From Flavobacteriales bacterium (GTDB lineage Bacteria; Bacteroidota; Bacteroidia; Flavobacteriales_D; UBA2798), in assembly GCA_035299065.1 (NCBI GenBank), contig DATGXI010000168.1:1-39910 (forward strand): a DNA stretch of 39,910 nt, read 5' to 3'. The translations under genes were made by a program, and so were the position numbers. The notes beneath the pieces are model-generated. The model worked only from the letters and a program-made list of their open reading frames with translations. It did no database searches and was not told the DNA's origin. Positions 17,762 through 27,476 of the stretch are shown here, one piece after another. Each line of letters starts with the position of its first letter. Positions within the stretch are counted from its first letter, which is position 1.

Positions 17762-20182
17762 TTACTTCCCGCTGTCAATTGGTATAAGCACCTTTACACT
17801 AAAATTCCTTCCCATATTAAACACACCTGGTCTTCCTGTAACCGGGTTCACGGCTGCATACCGTATTCTGCTTAAATGGTGCTGGTAGGCTACATCAAAC
17901 ACATTGTTCACACTCAACACAAAATTCAAAATTGTATTTCCTTTTTTATTCACCAGGCCCGAACCTGCACTAAAGTTCACAAGTGTGTATGCCGCACTGG
18001 CTGTTTCGGTATCATAGGCTTCATAAATTTTTTGCTGTTCAAAAAAATGGTTCACGTTTAATGCAACATATAAATCACGTAAACTTCCCCATTTTTCAAT
18101 TTCCGTTCTTAATTCACCCTGGTAACGTGCGGCTGGAATAAAAGGTAAATAAGTCATACTATCTGGCATATTTTTTTGCATTCCGGTAACCATTGAAATT
18201 GAATTTTCAACATGCAACCAGTCAAATGGGTGCGGATGAACGTCAATTGAATATTCTCCACCATACAAGGCTGCATTGCCCTGCGTGTATTTAAACACAC
18301 TGGCGGGGTCATTTACATCGGCTATACTATCGCCACCATAAACACTTTGAAGTTTTTCAGCATAAATATAATGTTGAATATCGTTATAAAAAACTGCCAG
18401 TTCACTGGAAACATGTTCACCATTTATACCAAACCCAACATCGCCCTGTAAGCTGGTTTCGGCTTTCAAATTCACATCACCCAATTCATAACGCAGTGTA
18501 CCCTCGTGTTTGCCGTTCGAGGCAATTTCTGCAATATTTGGCGCCCGAAATCCACGAGCTACATTTAATTTCAAATTTACCTGTGGAGTAAACTGAACAG
18601 TTACTCCCAAACTCGCAGTAATCGCATTGTATGTGCCGTTCAGCGATTTAAATTTTTCGGTTGTCCATGCGGTTGGTGTGGTGGTTAACTCATCCAGCGT
18701 ATCAATGTACAATGCTTCGGTATTTACAAACCGGTTATCGTAACGTACACCTCCGGCCATATCGGCTTTTTTACTTAAAGGGCGTTTAAAAAACACGTAA
18801 CCTCCAACATCAAACAAGCTGTAATCCGGCACCAGGGCTTCGTTTCCTTTATTGGCATTTTGCTGGTGCATTCCGCTTGCTCCAACTGTAAATAACCATT
18901 TATGCATTTCAGGCAACTGCACACGCGCATCATAATTGAAAGTGTTCAGCACAAAAAACAATTCCGCATCCGTTTCATCCAATACATTTCCAAATTCCCT
19001 GCGTATGTTTTGCTGAAAAGCGGTGTTTAAGGTGAAATTTGTTTTTCCAAAAAATAATTTGGTGCTATTGCTCACACGGTGGTGGTTTACCTGTTGGCGC
19101 GGCACATCGTACCGGTATCCTTGAAGCTCATCATCGCTTACTGTTTTTGTCCCCGTAAGCGTGTCATTTATTTTATATTCCCTTACAAAGTTTCCCAGGC
19201 TGTCACGTTCGCCTTCCACCATGGCTATGGTTTGATTAAATGAACTAAAATATACATGGGAAAATCCCCATTTACGGTTTATGCCCAAATACCCATTTAC
19301 ATCATACTCCTTAAATCCTGAATTGTAAACATACCCATCGTACTTATTTTTATAATTACCCGCCATTTTCATCGTACCACGCAACAGCCAGTTAATTCCT
19401 TTCAGGTTTCCTGCATTGTGTAAACTATATGCCTGCAATTGGTTATTGGTTTGGTAATTCATAAGTAAACTGGACCTGATTGTACCCACTGGCACTGGGT
19501 TTGCACCCAAAAAATTAATCACACCTGCAATTGCATCTGAACCGTACATCAAACTTCCCGGGCCTTTAATTATTTCCACACGGTCAACACTGTATTCATC
19601 AATTTCTATTCCGTGCTCATCGCCCCACTGCTGGCCTTCCTGCCTTATATTGTTGTTAAGAGTCACCAAACGGTTATATCCCAAACCACGAATAACCGGT
19701 TTTGAAACAGCAGCACCGGTGCTCAGTTGATTTACACCCGGATTTTTGGTTATGTTATCAATAAGGTTTGTGCTTGCGTTTTCAAACAACTCCTCTTTTT
19801 TCATGGTTTTAATGGCAAGCGGATTAAATCCTGCACCTGTTGACTGGGTGGTGCCGGTAATGGTTATTTCATGCATTTCAACTACGGCTGTTTCCAATGA
19901 AAAATCAAGTTGAACCACACCGTTTACATCAGCCCAGGCTGATGTGATGCCCATTCCTTTTTTACGGCATTCCACCAAAAATTTTCCGCGTGGCAATTTA
20001 TCAAGCACATAATGCCCGGTTGAATCGGTCAATGTTTCAAGGTGCAAATCGGGAATGGCAACGGTTGCATACCGCACTGGTGTTTGCGAACCTATAACGG
20101 TTACATGTCCAACCAACCCGTTTTGCGCCCGTGCATGAAAAACAAAAAATATAAATACAACAATTAGTTTAACAAATTTCAT
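17762..20182 (-). CDS. TonB-dependent outer-membrane receptor with an N-terminal carboxypeptidase-regulatory-like domain
   Basis: It has a signal peptide and a CarbopepD_reg-like segment (GHVTVIGSQTPVRYATVAIPD...TDSTGHYVLDKLPRGKFLVEC). A plug domain follows (MYGSDAIAGVINF), then a long beta-barrel ending in an aromatic C-terminal residue region. It is 806 aa. Confidence 0.85.
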   Translation of the reverse strand: MKFVKLIVVFIFFVFHARAQNGLVGHVTVIGSQTPVRYATVAIPDLHLETLTDSTGHYVLDKLPRGKFLVECRKKGMGITSAWADVNGVVQLDFSLETAVVEMHEITITGTTQSTGAGFNPLAIKTMKKEELFENASTNLIDNITKNPGVNQLSTGAAVSKPVIRGLGYNRLVTLNNNIRQEGQQWGDEHGIEIDEYSVDRVEIIKGPGSLMYGSDAIAGVINFLGANPVPVGTIRSSLLMNYQTNNQLQAYSLHNAGNLKGINWLLRGTMKMAGNYKNKYDGYVYNSGFKEYDVNGYLGINRKWGFSHVYFSSFNQTIAMVEGERDSLGNFVREYKINDTLTGTKTVSDDELQGYRYDVPRQQVNHHRVSNSTKLFFGKTNFTLNTAFQQNIRREFGNVLDETDAELFFVLNTFNYDARVQLPEMHKWLFTVGASGMHQQNANKGNEALVPDYSLFDVGGYVFFKRPLSKKADMAGGVRYDNRFVNTEALYIDTLDELTTTPTAWTTEKFKSLNGTYNAITASLGVTVQFTPQVNLKLNVARGFRAPNIAEIASNGKHEGTLRYELGDVNLKAETSLQGDVGFGINGEHVSSELAVFYNDIQHYIYAEKLQSVYGGDSIADVNDPASVFKYTQGNAALYGGEYSIDVHPHPFDWLHVENSISMVTGMQKNMPDSMTYLPFIPAARYQGELRTEIEKWGSLRDLYVALNVNHFFEQQKIYEAYDTETASAAYTLVNFSAGSGLVNKKGNTILNFVLSVNNVFDVAYQHHLSRIRYAAVNPVTGRPGVFNMGRNFSVKVLIPIDSGK

Positions 20183-20291
20183 TGCTCTTTTTTTGAATAA
20201 ATAATTGATTATTGATTTTAAAACAACTCACAGGCATGTACATAAGCGCATAGCCATTACTTTTTTGGTCAATTAAAAAAGGTGAGAAAAA

Positions 20292-20609
20292 TCAGGCTAC
20301 CGGTGGACCCCGTGTAGCAAAATCAAAAAACGAAGTTGAAAAAACAAAAACCGTTGCAGCAATTACCGGTTCGGTCTCAAATGAAATAATTTTTAATCCG
20401 GGTTGTGTAAAATGAATGCCATCGCTCAACTGAAAATCAAATTCACAAATAAAACAGCTGTGCTCGGCTTCGTGAAAATGGATAGTTCTTTCAGTACAGG
20501 CTTCCTCATCGTGATGCTCAAACACCACGTGAGCAGTTTTTCCTGACATGGCAAAAACCAGGGCAAGTAAAAACAGCGATGATATGATGCGGTGAAAGGG
20601 TTTACTCAC
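20292..20609 (-). CDS. small secreted His/Cys-rich protein (putative metal-binding), upstream of the TonB-dependent receptor
   Basis: A GTG start is preferred, giving MSKPFHRIISSLFLLALVFAMSG, a signal peptide. The longer ATG start at 20666 would add a 20-aa charged extension. The mature region is rich in His/Cys/acidic residues (HVVFEHHDEEACTERTIHFHEAEHSCFICEFD). It is on the same strand as the receptor, 110 bp upstream. Confidence 0.5.
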   Translation of the reverse strand: MSKPFHRIISSLFLLALVFAMSGKTAHVVFEHHDEEACTERTIHFHEAEHSCFICEFDFQLSDGIHFTQPGLKIISFETEPVIAATVFVFSTSFFDFATRGPPVA

Positions 20610-20681
20610 AACTTTACTTGTTTTTATATGTGTTCGTTGCCTGCGGCTCACAAAACAAAGATACAACTAAGCGGCCTTATA

Positions 20682-20711
20682 AAAAAAATCAAACAAATTG
20701 TTTTGATTTTC
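20682..20711 (-). terminator. possible AT-rich intrinsic terminator after pyk
   Basis: On the minus strand AAAATCAAAACAA-TT-TGTTTGATTTT is a near-perfect inverted repeat followed by TTTTTATAAGG. The stem is AT-rich, so the call is weak. Confidence 0.3.
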
Positions 20712-20717
20712 AATTAT

Positions 20718-22139
20718 TTACCCCACCTCACTCAGCTTCAACATGTTTGATTTTCCCTTTTCCTCAATTGGCATGCTGGCAATGTTTATCACCAAATCAC
20801 CAGGTTGTACCCAGCCCTTTTTCTTGAGCAAATATTTTATATCGGCAATGGTATGGTCAGTACTCACCATTTTATCATAATATACACCTTCAACTCCCCA
20901 AACCAAACTCATAATGTTTAACAACTGCACATTTCCTGTTGCCACAAATGTTGACGCTTTAGGGCGCTGGCTGCTTACTTTAAAAGCCGTATATCCACTA
21001 TGCGTCATGGTAATAATAGCTGTTGCACCAACACGCTGCGCCAGCCGCGTTGCATTAAAACAAATACTGTCGCTTATAAAACGGTCATCGCGCTTGTCAT
21101 CAGGAATGGTTTCTTTAAAATAAATTTCATCGGTGCTTTCAACTGCGTTAATAATCTTACACATGGTTTGTATCACGTTTACCGGATCTTCACCCACCGA
21201 TGTTTCTCCACTCAGCATTACCGCATCAGCACCATCCAGCACCGCATTAGCCACGTCATTTACCTCGGCACGCGTAGGAAAAATATTGGTGATCATGCTT
21301 TCCATCATTTGCGTGGCCACAATTACCGGCTTGGCATTGCGGGTGCACTTTTTGATCAGCATTTTTTGAATAATAGGCACATTCTCCAACGGAATTTCAA
21401 CACCCAAATCACCACGCGCAATCATAATGGCGTCCGTCTCGGTAATTATATCATCAATATCATCTATCGCTTCCGGCTTTTCAATCTTGGCTACAATGCG
21501 CGCTGCTTTATGCTTGTTCTGAATATAGGCGCGCAACTCTATAATATCTCTTGCACTTCGTACAAATGACAAGCCAATCCAGTCAACATTGTTTTCCAAC
21601 GCAAAATCCAAATCTTCAATATCTTTTGGTGTTAGTGAGGGTAAACTAACTTTGGTATTGGGTAAATTCACGCCTTTTTTACTCGAAAGCACTCCACCAT
21701 GCACTACACGGGCAATTACTTCATTCACACCATTGGTTGAAATACATTCCAGGGCAATTTTTCCATCGTCAATCAATATCCTGTCACCTCGTTTTACATC
21801 TTTTGCAAAATCCTTGTACGTCATATACACCTTTTCTGCGTTTCCCATACATGGCTCATTGGTAAAAATCAACTGGCTTTCATTGGCTAAATAAACACTG
21901 TTGTTTTCCACTTCACCAATACGCAATTTTGGGCCCTGCAGGTCAACCAATATACCTGCACTGCGTTGCAATTCTTTTGAAATGGCACGCACGTGCTTAA
22001 TCACATCGCGGTGTATATCGTGTTTGCCGTGGCTGGCGTTTAACCTGAAAACGTTCACACCTTCAATCATTAGTTGTCTTAAAATCTCAGGGCTTTGTGA
22101 TGCGGGTCCAACCGTAGCAACAATTTTGGTCTTTTTCAT
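20718..22139 (-). CDS. pyk: pyruvate kinase
   Basis: It has N-terminal MKKTKIVATVGPAS and conserved K/E/D catalytic residues. It is 473 aa with the C-terminal allosteric domain. Confidence 0.9.
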   Translation of the reverse strand: MKKTKIVATVGPASQSPEILRQLMIEGVNVFRLNASHGKHDIHRDVIKHVRAISKELQRSAGILVDLQGPKLRIGEVENNSVYLANESQLIFTNEPCMGNAEKVYMTYKDFAKDVKRGDRILIDDGKIALECISTNGVNEVIARVVHGGVLSSKKGVNLPNTKVSLPSLTPKDIEDLDFALENNVDWIGLSFVRSARDIIELRAYIQNKHKAARIVAKIEKPEAIDDIDDIITETDAIMIARGDLGVEIPLENVPIIQKMLIKKCTRNAKPVIVATQMMESMITNIFPTRAEVNDVANAVLDGADAVMLSGETSVGEDPVNVIQTMCKIINAVESTDEIYFKETIPDDKRDDRFISDSICFNATRLAQRVGATAIITMTHSGYTAFKVSSQRPKASTFVATGNVQLLNIMSLVWGVEGVYYDKMVSTDHTIADIKYLLKKKGWVQPGDLVINIASMPIEEKGKSNMLKLSEVG

Positions 22140-22302
22140 ATGGAGGTAATTGTTTTTGATTGGTTACATGAGAATAACCATGTTATCTTAAATTATTTTC
22201 ACTTGAAACACGGTTATTTCATATGTTCATTATTTGTTTTATAAGGTCATATGGTATATTCATGTGTGTTGAAGCTTGTTTGCGCATGAATATTTCACTC
22301 CA

Positions 22303-22746
22303 CTAAAATAACAAATTTTCAATTGATTTCACTTCTTCTGTATTTATTTCAAAAGCCGTAAGCACCTGGTCGCTTAACCTAAGCTTATTAATAATATCAT
22401 CTGTATTTATCAGTATGTTCTCTTTAAGCATCATCAGGTAGTCAATGTGCTTCATTTCGGGCAACAAAAAACCATTTGGGTGCTTGTTTGGCATCAGGTA
22501 AAAATCAATGCGTGACTCTTCATCCATATAGTTGTAAACCTCAAAACCCAACTTTAGCTTCTTACGTTTATCAATAATTTCAATGGGCTTATTACTATTC
22601 ACCAGTTTTAATCCCATTACCTGGTTTAAGCTCCAGCACAACCTGTAAATTTTGGCATGGCTGCTTATACCAATTAACAAAAAGTCAACAAGCGCATCAT
22701 CATCATCGTCAAGCGTGAATTTGGCCATTACCCGAATGTAGGGCAT
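22303..22746 (-). CDS. IPExxxVDY-family protein (Bacteroidota-specific, function unknown)
   Basis: It contains the family-naming motif as LPEMKHIDY. It is 147 aa with an acidic run DDDDD near the N-terminus. Confidence 0.65.
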   Translation of the reverse strand: MPYIRVMAKFTLDDDDDALVDFLLIGISSHAKIYRLCWSLNQVMGLKLVNSNKPIEIIDKRKKLKLGFEVYNYMDEESRIDFYLMPNKHPNGFLLPEMKHIDYLMMLKENILINTDDIINKLRLSDQVLTAFEINTEEVKSIENLLF

Positions 22747-23042
22747 TAAAGCCCCCTTAAACTGCCAAATGAAATAAAAAATGAATACTGTAAAGTTAAT
22801 TAGGCGCCTTTTCCGGCTATCGCCTTTACTCCTCCCCTGAAGTAACGCGCTAAAAACAGTGAAATAAAATGGTAAACCGTGGGCGCTCTCACTTGAGGGT
22901 GCGGGGTACCGGCTCTATCCGGGGCGTGGTTGTACCATAAAAATCAATGAAAACCGTTGTGGTTTATAGTAATACCTGGTTTTTTATAATATAAAGGTTT
23001 TCCTTCTTAAAACTGTTTACTAACGTAAAATCCATTGACCTG

Positions 23043-25472
23043 TTAATCCAGCACAAAACCAGTTGTAATCTTCACAAAGCAATTTGTAATAAACTTGTCA
23101 AAACTATAGGCTCCATACCTGCATCCAACCGCCACACCAATGCGCGAAAAACTTGACTTAAGTAAGCTATGAATACGCACACCTGACTCGTAATATCCTT
23201 TTTCCATGCTTTGCAGTGTAATGGCTGTGCCGCTATGCCCTATCCTGTTCGCATTGTCCAGGGTTCCCCAACCCATGTTGGTAAACAATTCCAGTTGTGG
23301 TTTATTTTTTGTATTATAAAACAAATTGGCTAAAAAATTATGGCTTAAAAACAACTGCGCATAGGTATTGGCTGCAAACTCATTTACACGCATTCCTTCA
23401 AATGAATTGGGTACTGAAATGGCCCATTTTTCCCACGATGATGTGAAGCCCATCAACAAGGTATATGGCACAATCCCGTTTATTTTTCCACCCTGCGCCA
23501 CCACGCTAAACTTTCCAAAATTCCGTATCTTAAAATCTTTCTGGAACATTAAATCCCATCGCTCATAGGTAAAATCATTGTTAAAAACCCCGTCTACGCT
23601 GCGGGTGTATTTGGCTGTAAGCACTGGAAATGTTGTTCCCTGTGATATTAAATTTTTATCGGCCAGTACAAACTTCTCCCTGAAAGCAAAACGCAAAACA
23701 GCTCCGGCATGTGTAAGCGCATACATATCTGGCGCATACATCACACCTTCACCTTTATCCACGGCAAATCCATAATCATACAAAGGCTTTCGCAACTGGG
23801 TATTCATGAATCCACGTAAATGAAAGTGCCTTAATAAGCGGCTACCTAAATTGACCTCCCACATTTCCTGGAAATCAAATTTGCGCAAGTAAAGCTGGCG
23901 CGCGTTCAAGGCCGATAAAAATGTTGGAGGCTGATAAAAATCAGGAGGCGCTGCCGACTCGTATATGTCATTTTTGTAGGAAATTTTAAGGGCTGTTTGT
24001 TTACGCGGGTAAAATAACAGGCTTAAATCACCTCCATATTTAAACACTTTATCTTTAAATCCATAACCAACATACCCGCTCAATACATGCCGTTTTGAAA
24101 TCTTATAATTGGTTCTTAATCCCAATCCAATACGCGTTCCTTCGTGGTGATTAAAATTCAGCAACCGGTTTAGTTCAATGTTTACAAATCCAATTGGAAT
24201 TTTTCCCGTTGCAAACTGCACCCATTTATTTAACTTCTTATCAAAATTATTGGCCTTACCCATGCTGTCAATGGTGGTATAGGTATTTTTTTCCTTATTG
24301 TCATTGCCAACCGGGCTCATTTTTTCTAGACGCGCTATACTGGTATCTTTACCCGTTGATGAAATTTCAAGTTCAACTTCATCGGTTTTTACCTTTTTGC
24401 AGGCATCGCCCATGCGTATATTGGTTATATAACCCTTATTGTCACCATAAATCATTAATCCGTTCAAATTTACATTGCCCGGTAAATACATTTTGGCGTT
24501 CAGCTGCAACGGAAACCATTGTTTATCCTCAACAATTCCGTACAATTGGTTAATGTGTATCACAAACCCACCATCGGTTATAACTGGTTGGGCCTTTATG
24601 CTTTTTATGGCGTAGTTGCGCGTGTGTACAATTATATTTCCTTTTAATCCTTTAAAACTTTTTCCTTTTCGTGGTTCAAACGTAATGGTGTAAAGTGTGT
24701 CGTTATTCTCGTAACTGGTATCCTTCATTAAAAAAAGATACTTTTCGGTGCTTCCCGGGCTAATGGGATTTAAATATTTTATACCCAATAATTTTATTTC
24801 GTCCTGGTAATAACCAAATGACTGTAGCTCGGTTGCAAGAATGGAAAAAACAGGGTTTTCAAAACCCGAAACGCGGTTGGCAATAATTTTTTCGCTTGAT
24901 TTTGCCGGTGGCGAAAAATATTTTTCAGTCAAACTTTCGGTAACAAACAAATGTTGTTTCATGAAAAAAGTATACATCTCCATAAAACCGGTATCCTTTG
25001 CCGTACGTTTCTTATATTCCCTGTCAAGTGTATCCTCATCGGCCTTAAAAACAAGTTTGTTGTAAGAATTGTAACAATGCACACATGCCTTTTGAGGGTT
25101 ATTGCTGTCGCGGTATTTTACTGTTTGTTTTATGAGGCGGTGGGCAGGATTTTCGCCCGGCAATATGGTTACATCGGCCAGCACAAACGCTACCGGTGGT
25201 AACTTAATTGTTAAATTGGATTGGGTAAGCCTGGTTTTTGCTGGCTTATATCCAACACATTTTACGGTAACGGTTGCACCATTTTCGCCAATTAAGGTCG
25301 TTTTTCCATCAAGGTCAGTTGTGCCTATTAAGCGATTATCAGCGTTTACTATACCTGCAAACGGCACAGGATCATTGTTTGATGAGTCAATGACCGTGAT
25401 TATAAATTTATCCTGGGCATAAACGCCCCCTTGAAAAAGGACGCACAACCAAAAAATCATGATTAAACGCAT
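23043..25472 (-). CDS. secreted carboxypeptidase-regulatory-like domain plus DUF5686-family protein
   Basis: The start is taken at MRLIMIFWLCVLFQGGVYAQ, a signal peptide, not the longer ORF start at 25577. It has an N-terminal CarbopepD_reg-like beta-sandwich (FIITVIDSSNNDPVPFAGIV...TDLDGKT). The remaining ~700 aa are typical of the Bacteroidota DUF5686 family. Confidence 0.7.
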   Translation of the reverse strand: MRLIMIFWLCVLFQGGVYAQDKFIITVIDSSNNDPVPFAGIVNADNRLIGTTDLDGKTTLIGENGATVTVKCVGYKPAKTRLTQSNLTIKLPPVAFVLADVTILPGENPAHRLIKQTVKYRDSNNPQKACVHCYNSYNKLVFKADEDTLDREYKKRTAKDTGFMEMYTFFMKQHLFVTESLTEKYFSPPAKSSEKIIANRVSGFENPVFSILATELQSFGYYQDEIKLLGIKYLNPISPGSTEKYLFLMKDTSYENNDTLYTITFEPRKGKSFKGLKGNIIVHTRNYAIKSIKAQPVITDGGFVIHINQLYGIVEDKQWFPLQLNAKMYLPGNVNLNGLMIYGDNKGYITNIRMGDACKKVKTDEVELEISSTGKDTSIARLEKMSPVGNDNKEKNTYTTIDSMGKANNFDKKLNKWVQFATGKIPIGFVNIELNRLLNFNHHEGTRIGLGLRTNYKISKRHVLSGYVGYGFKDKVFKYGGDLSLLFYPRKQTALKISYKNDIYESAAPPDFYQPPTFLSALNARQLYLRKFDFQEMWEVNLGSRLLRHFHLRGFMNTQLRKPLYDYGFAVDKGEGVMYAPDMYALTHAGAVLRFAFREKFVLADKNLISQGTTFPVLTAKYTRSVDGVFNNDFTYERWDLMFQKDFKIRNFGKFSVVAQGGKINGIVPYTLLMGFTSSWEKWAISVPNSFEGMRVNEFAANTYAQLFLSHNFLANLFYNTKNKPQLELFTNMGWGTLDNANRIGHSGTAITLQSMEKGYYESGVRIHSLLKSSFSRIGVAVGCRYGAYSFDKFITNCFVKITTGFVLD

Positions 25473-25635
25473 ACAGCTTCGCCTTGTTTTCCTTAACTTT
25501 ATTCCTGTGGCTGTCATTACCCGCGATAAACGTAACATAATTTCAAAGATAACGCTTAACCGCTCATATAATTTCATTGTTAATTATATTAGTTTTCACC
25601 TCTCGCGCCTGTTCAAACGCAACTGGCATGCGGGT

Positions 25636-26532
25636 ATGCCGGTAAGCATTTCCATTGAGCCTACAACCGCCTGTAACCTGGGTTGTCCTGAATGCCCCAG
25701 CGGACTCAAGCAATTTACCCGCCCAACCGGTAATTTAAAAGCCGAAACCAATAAACAAATCATTGACGCCATTGCCAAAAAAGGCCTTTACGTAAACTTT
25801 TATTTCCAGGGTGAGCCCTTCATTCATCCAAAATTCCTGGACCTGGTAAAATATGCGCATCAAAAAAAACTATATACCGCAACCTCTACAAATGCTCATT
25901 TTTTGCATAGTGACCTGGCCAAAAAAACCGTTGAAAGTGGCCTTGACCGCCTTATAATTTCCATTGATGGAGTAACACAGGAAACTTACAGCAGCTACCG
26001 CGTAAATGGCGAATTAAATAAAGTTATTGAAGGCACAAAAAATATACTTCACTGGAAAAAAGAATTAAAATCACAAACACCGCACGTTATTTTTCAAATG
26101 CTGGTAGTAAAACCAAATGAACATGAAATTGAGGCTGCAAAAAAATTGGCAAGTGATTTAGGTGTTAATGAAATACGGTTTAAAACAGCCCAGGTTTACG
26201 ATTACGAAAACGGCAATTCACTTATCCCTACCAATGAAAACTATTCGCGCTACACAAAAAAAGCTAACGGTACATATGCCATAAAAAACACCCTTGACAA
26301 CCAGTGCTGGCGCATGTGGCAGGGTTGTGTATTTACCTGGGACGGGAGCGTAGTGCCCTGCTGCTTTGACAAAGATGCCGAACATAAACTGGGCAATATT
26401 GGGCAAAACAACTTCAGGTCAATTTGGAAAAGCCCTGTGTATAACGATTTTAGAAAATCAATTTTGAATTCACGAAAAAAAATAGATATTTGTAAAAACT
26501 GCTCAGAAGGAACAAAGGTATTTGCCTCCTGA
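25636..26532 (+). CDS. radical SAM / SPASM-domain enzyme (putative protein/peptide-modifying or cofactor maturase)
   Basis: The CxxxCxxC sequence (CNLGCPEC) sits 13 aa from the chosen Met. The C-terminal Cys cluster (CWRMWQGC...PCCFDKD...CKNC) is consistent with a SPASM/twitch auxiliary Fe-S domain. The upstream ATG at 25459 would overlap the divergent DUF5686 start, so the 25636 start is preferred. Confidence 0.75.
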   Translation: MPVSISIEPTTACNLGCPECPSGLKQFTRPTGNLKAETNKQIIDAIAKKGLYVNFYFQGEPFIHPKFLDLVKYAHQKKLYTATSTNAHFLHSDLAKKTVESGLDRLIISIDGVTQETYSSYRVNGELNKVIEGTKNILHWKKELKSQTPHVIFQMLVVKPNEHEIEAAKKLASDLGVNEIRFKTAQVYDYENGNSLIPTNENYSRYTKKANGTYAIKNTLDNQCWRMWQGCVFTWDGSVVPCCFDKDAEHKLGNIGQNNFRSIWKSPVYNDFRKSILNSRKKIDICKNCSEGTKVFAS

Positions 26533-26576
26533 ACAGGCACGATTATTGTTTAGTTGTACCGTATTAAAATCATTTT

Positions 26577-27239
26577 ATGAAAAACCTTATACTCACCATT
26601 GCACTTTCAGCACCTGTTGCTGTTTTCGCACAAAAAAAAATTGAAGTAAATGAAGGTAGTGATAACCTTGGCGGAGGCAGTCACCCCTCGCTGACTGTTA
26701 TGGCATACATCAAGGACGGTGATAAACTCCTGAAAGAATTCAAGGATAAAATGAAGGATCATGGCGCCAAAGTTAAAACCGGTAAAGAATTATTTGCCGA
26801 TGATGCCGAATGGAAAGCCTTTGGCGCAAATGCGTTTGATGCTTACGCCAAAGTGGAGGAAGTTAAAGGTGAAGGATATAAGTTAATTGTGGGTGTTGAC
26901 ATGGGAGGCGCCTGGATGTCACCATCAGCACATAGTGAGCAAACCCGTTTATTCAAACAAATGCTCAAAGAAATTGCCATCAAGGCCAGTAAAGATGAAG
27001 TTGGTGAAGAATTGCATGCGCAGGAAAAATTACTGGAAAAAGAAATGGACCAGCAAAAAGACCTTGAAAAGAAAAACGGTGACCTGAAAAGTGACATTGA
27101 AGATTATAAAAAGAAAATTGCCGATGCTGAGAATAATATAAAAACCAACGAAGAAAACCAAAAGAAAAAGAAAGAGGAGATTGAAAAACAAAAAGAAGTG
27201 GTTAAGGTTGTCAAGGAGAAATTGTCGAAAATTGAGTAG
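26577..27239 (+). CDS. secreted coiled-coil protein, hypothetical
   Basis: It has a signal peptide (MKNLILTIALSAPVAVFAQ). The C-terminal ~100 aa are Lys/Glu-rich coiled coil. It lies 44 bp downstream of the radical SAM gene. Confidence 0.55.
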   Translation: MKNLILTIALSAPVAVFAQKKIEVNEGSDNLGGGSHPSLTVMAYIKDGDKLLKEFKDKMKDHGAKVKTGKELFADDAEWKAFGANAFDAYAKVEEVKGEGYKLIVGVDMGGAWMSPSAHSEQTRLFKQMLKEIAIKASKDEVGEELHAQEKLLEKEMDQQKDLEKKNGDLKSDIEDYKKKIADAENNIKTNEENQKKKKEEIEKQKEVVKVVKEKLSKIE

Positions 27240-27476
27240 ACAATAAGCTGATTTGAAAATGTGTTACTACGCTGATTAAAAATACTTGTTCTTAAAAGGC
27301 ATCCTCTTATATCAATCTATTTATTAGTCAGCCAGTAAATCAGTTAGTTAAATTTTTCACAAACTGTGGTGCAGCCGTTGTTTTTCGTCCTTAAAGATAA
27401 ATCCTTCAAAAAATACCGCAAAACAGCGTTGGTCAAAAGCCTTAAACTCCTTATCTTTTGACAAAATTAAAACCCC

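Noticed and set aside
21000-21569. A 189-aa + strand ORF, plus several 60-100-aa ORFs, inside the pyk locus.
   Set aside because: They lie entirely antisense to a well-supported pyruvate kinase gene. Their composition is atypical, being Cys/Arg/His-rich.
22801-22945. RNase P RNA, SRP RNA, tmRNA, or a TPP or cobalamin riboswitch in the GC-rich island.
   Set aside because: It is too short for RNase P or tmRNA. The SRP domain-IV, TPP (GGGG/CUGAGA) and B12-box consensus motifs are absent. It is kept only as a generic sRNA candidate.
24194-24553. A 119-aa Cys/Trp/Tyr-rich + strand ORF.
   Set aside because: It is antisense to the DUF5686 gene. Its composition is codon-complement bias and it has no start context.
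25459-25635. A longer N-terminal extension of the radical SAM protein, starting at MIKRIQ.
   Set aside because: It would overlap the divergent DUF5686 start codon by 14 nt. It also puts ~70 non-conserved residues before the CxxxCxxC motif, and the 25636 Met gives a typical spacing.
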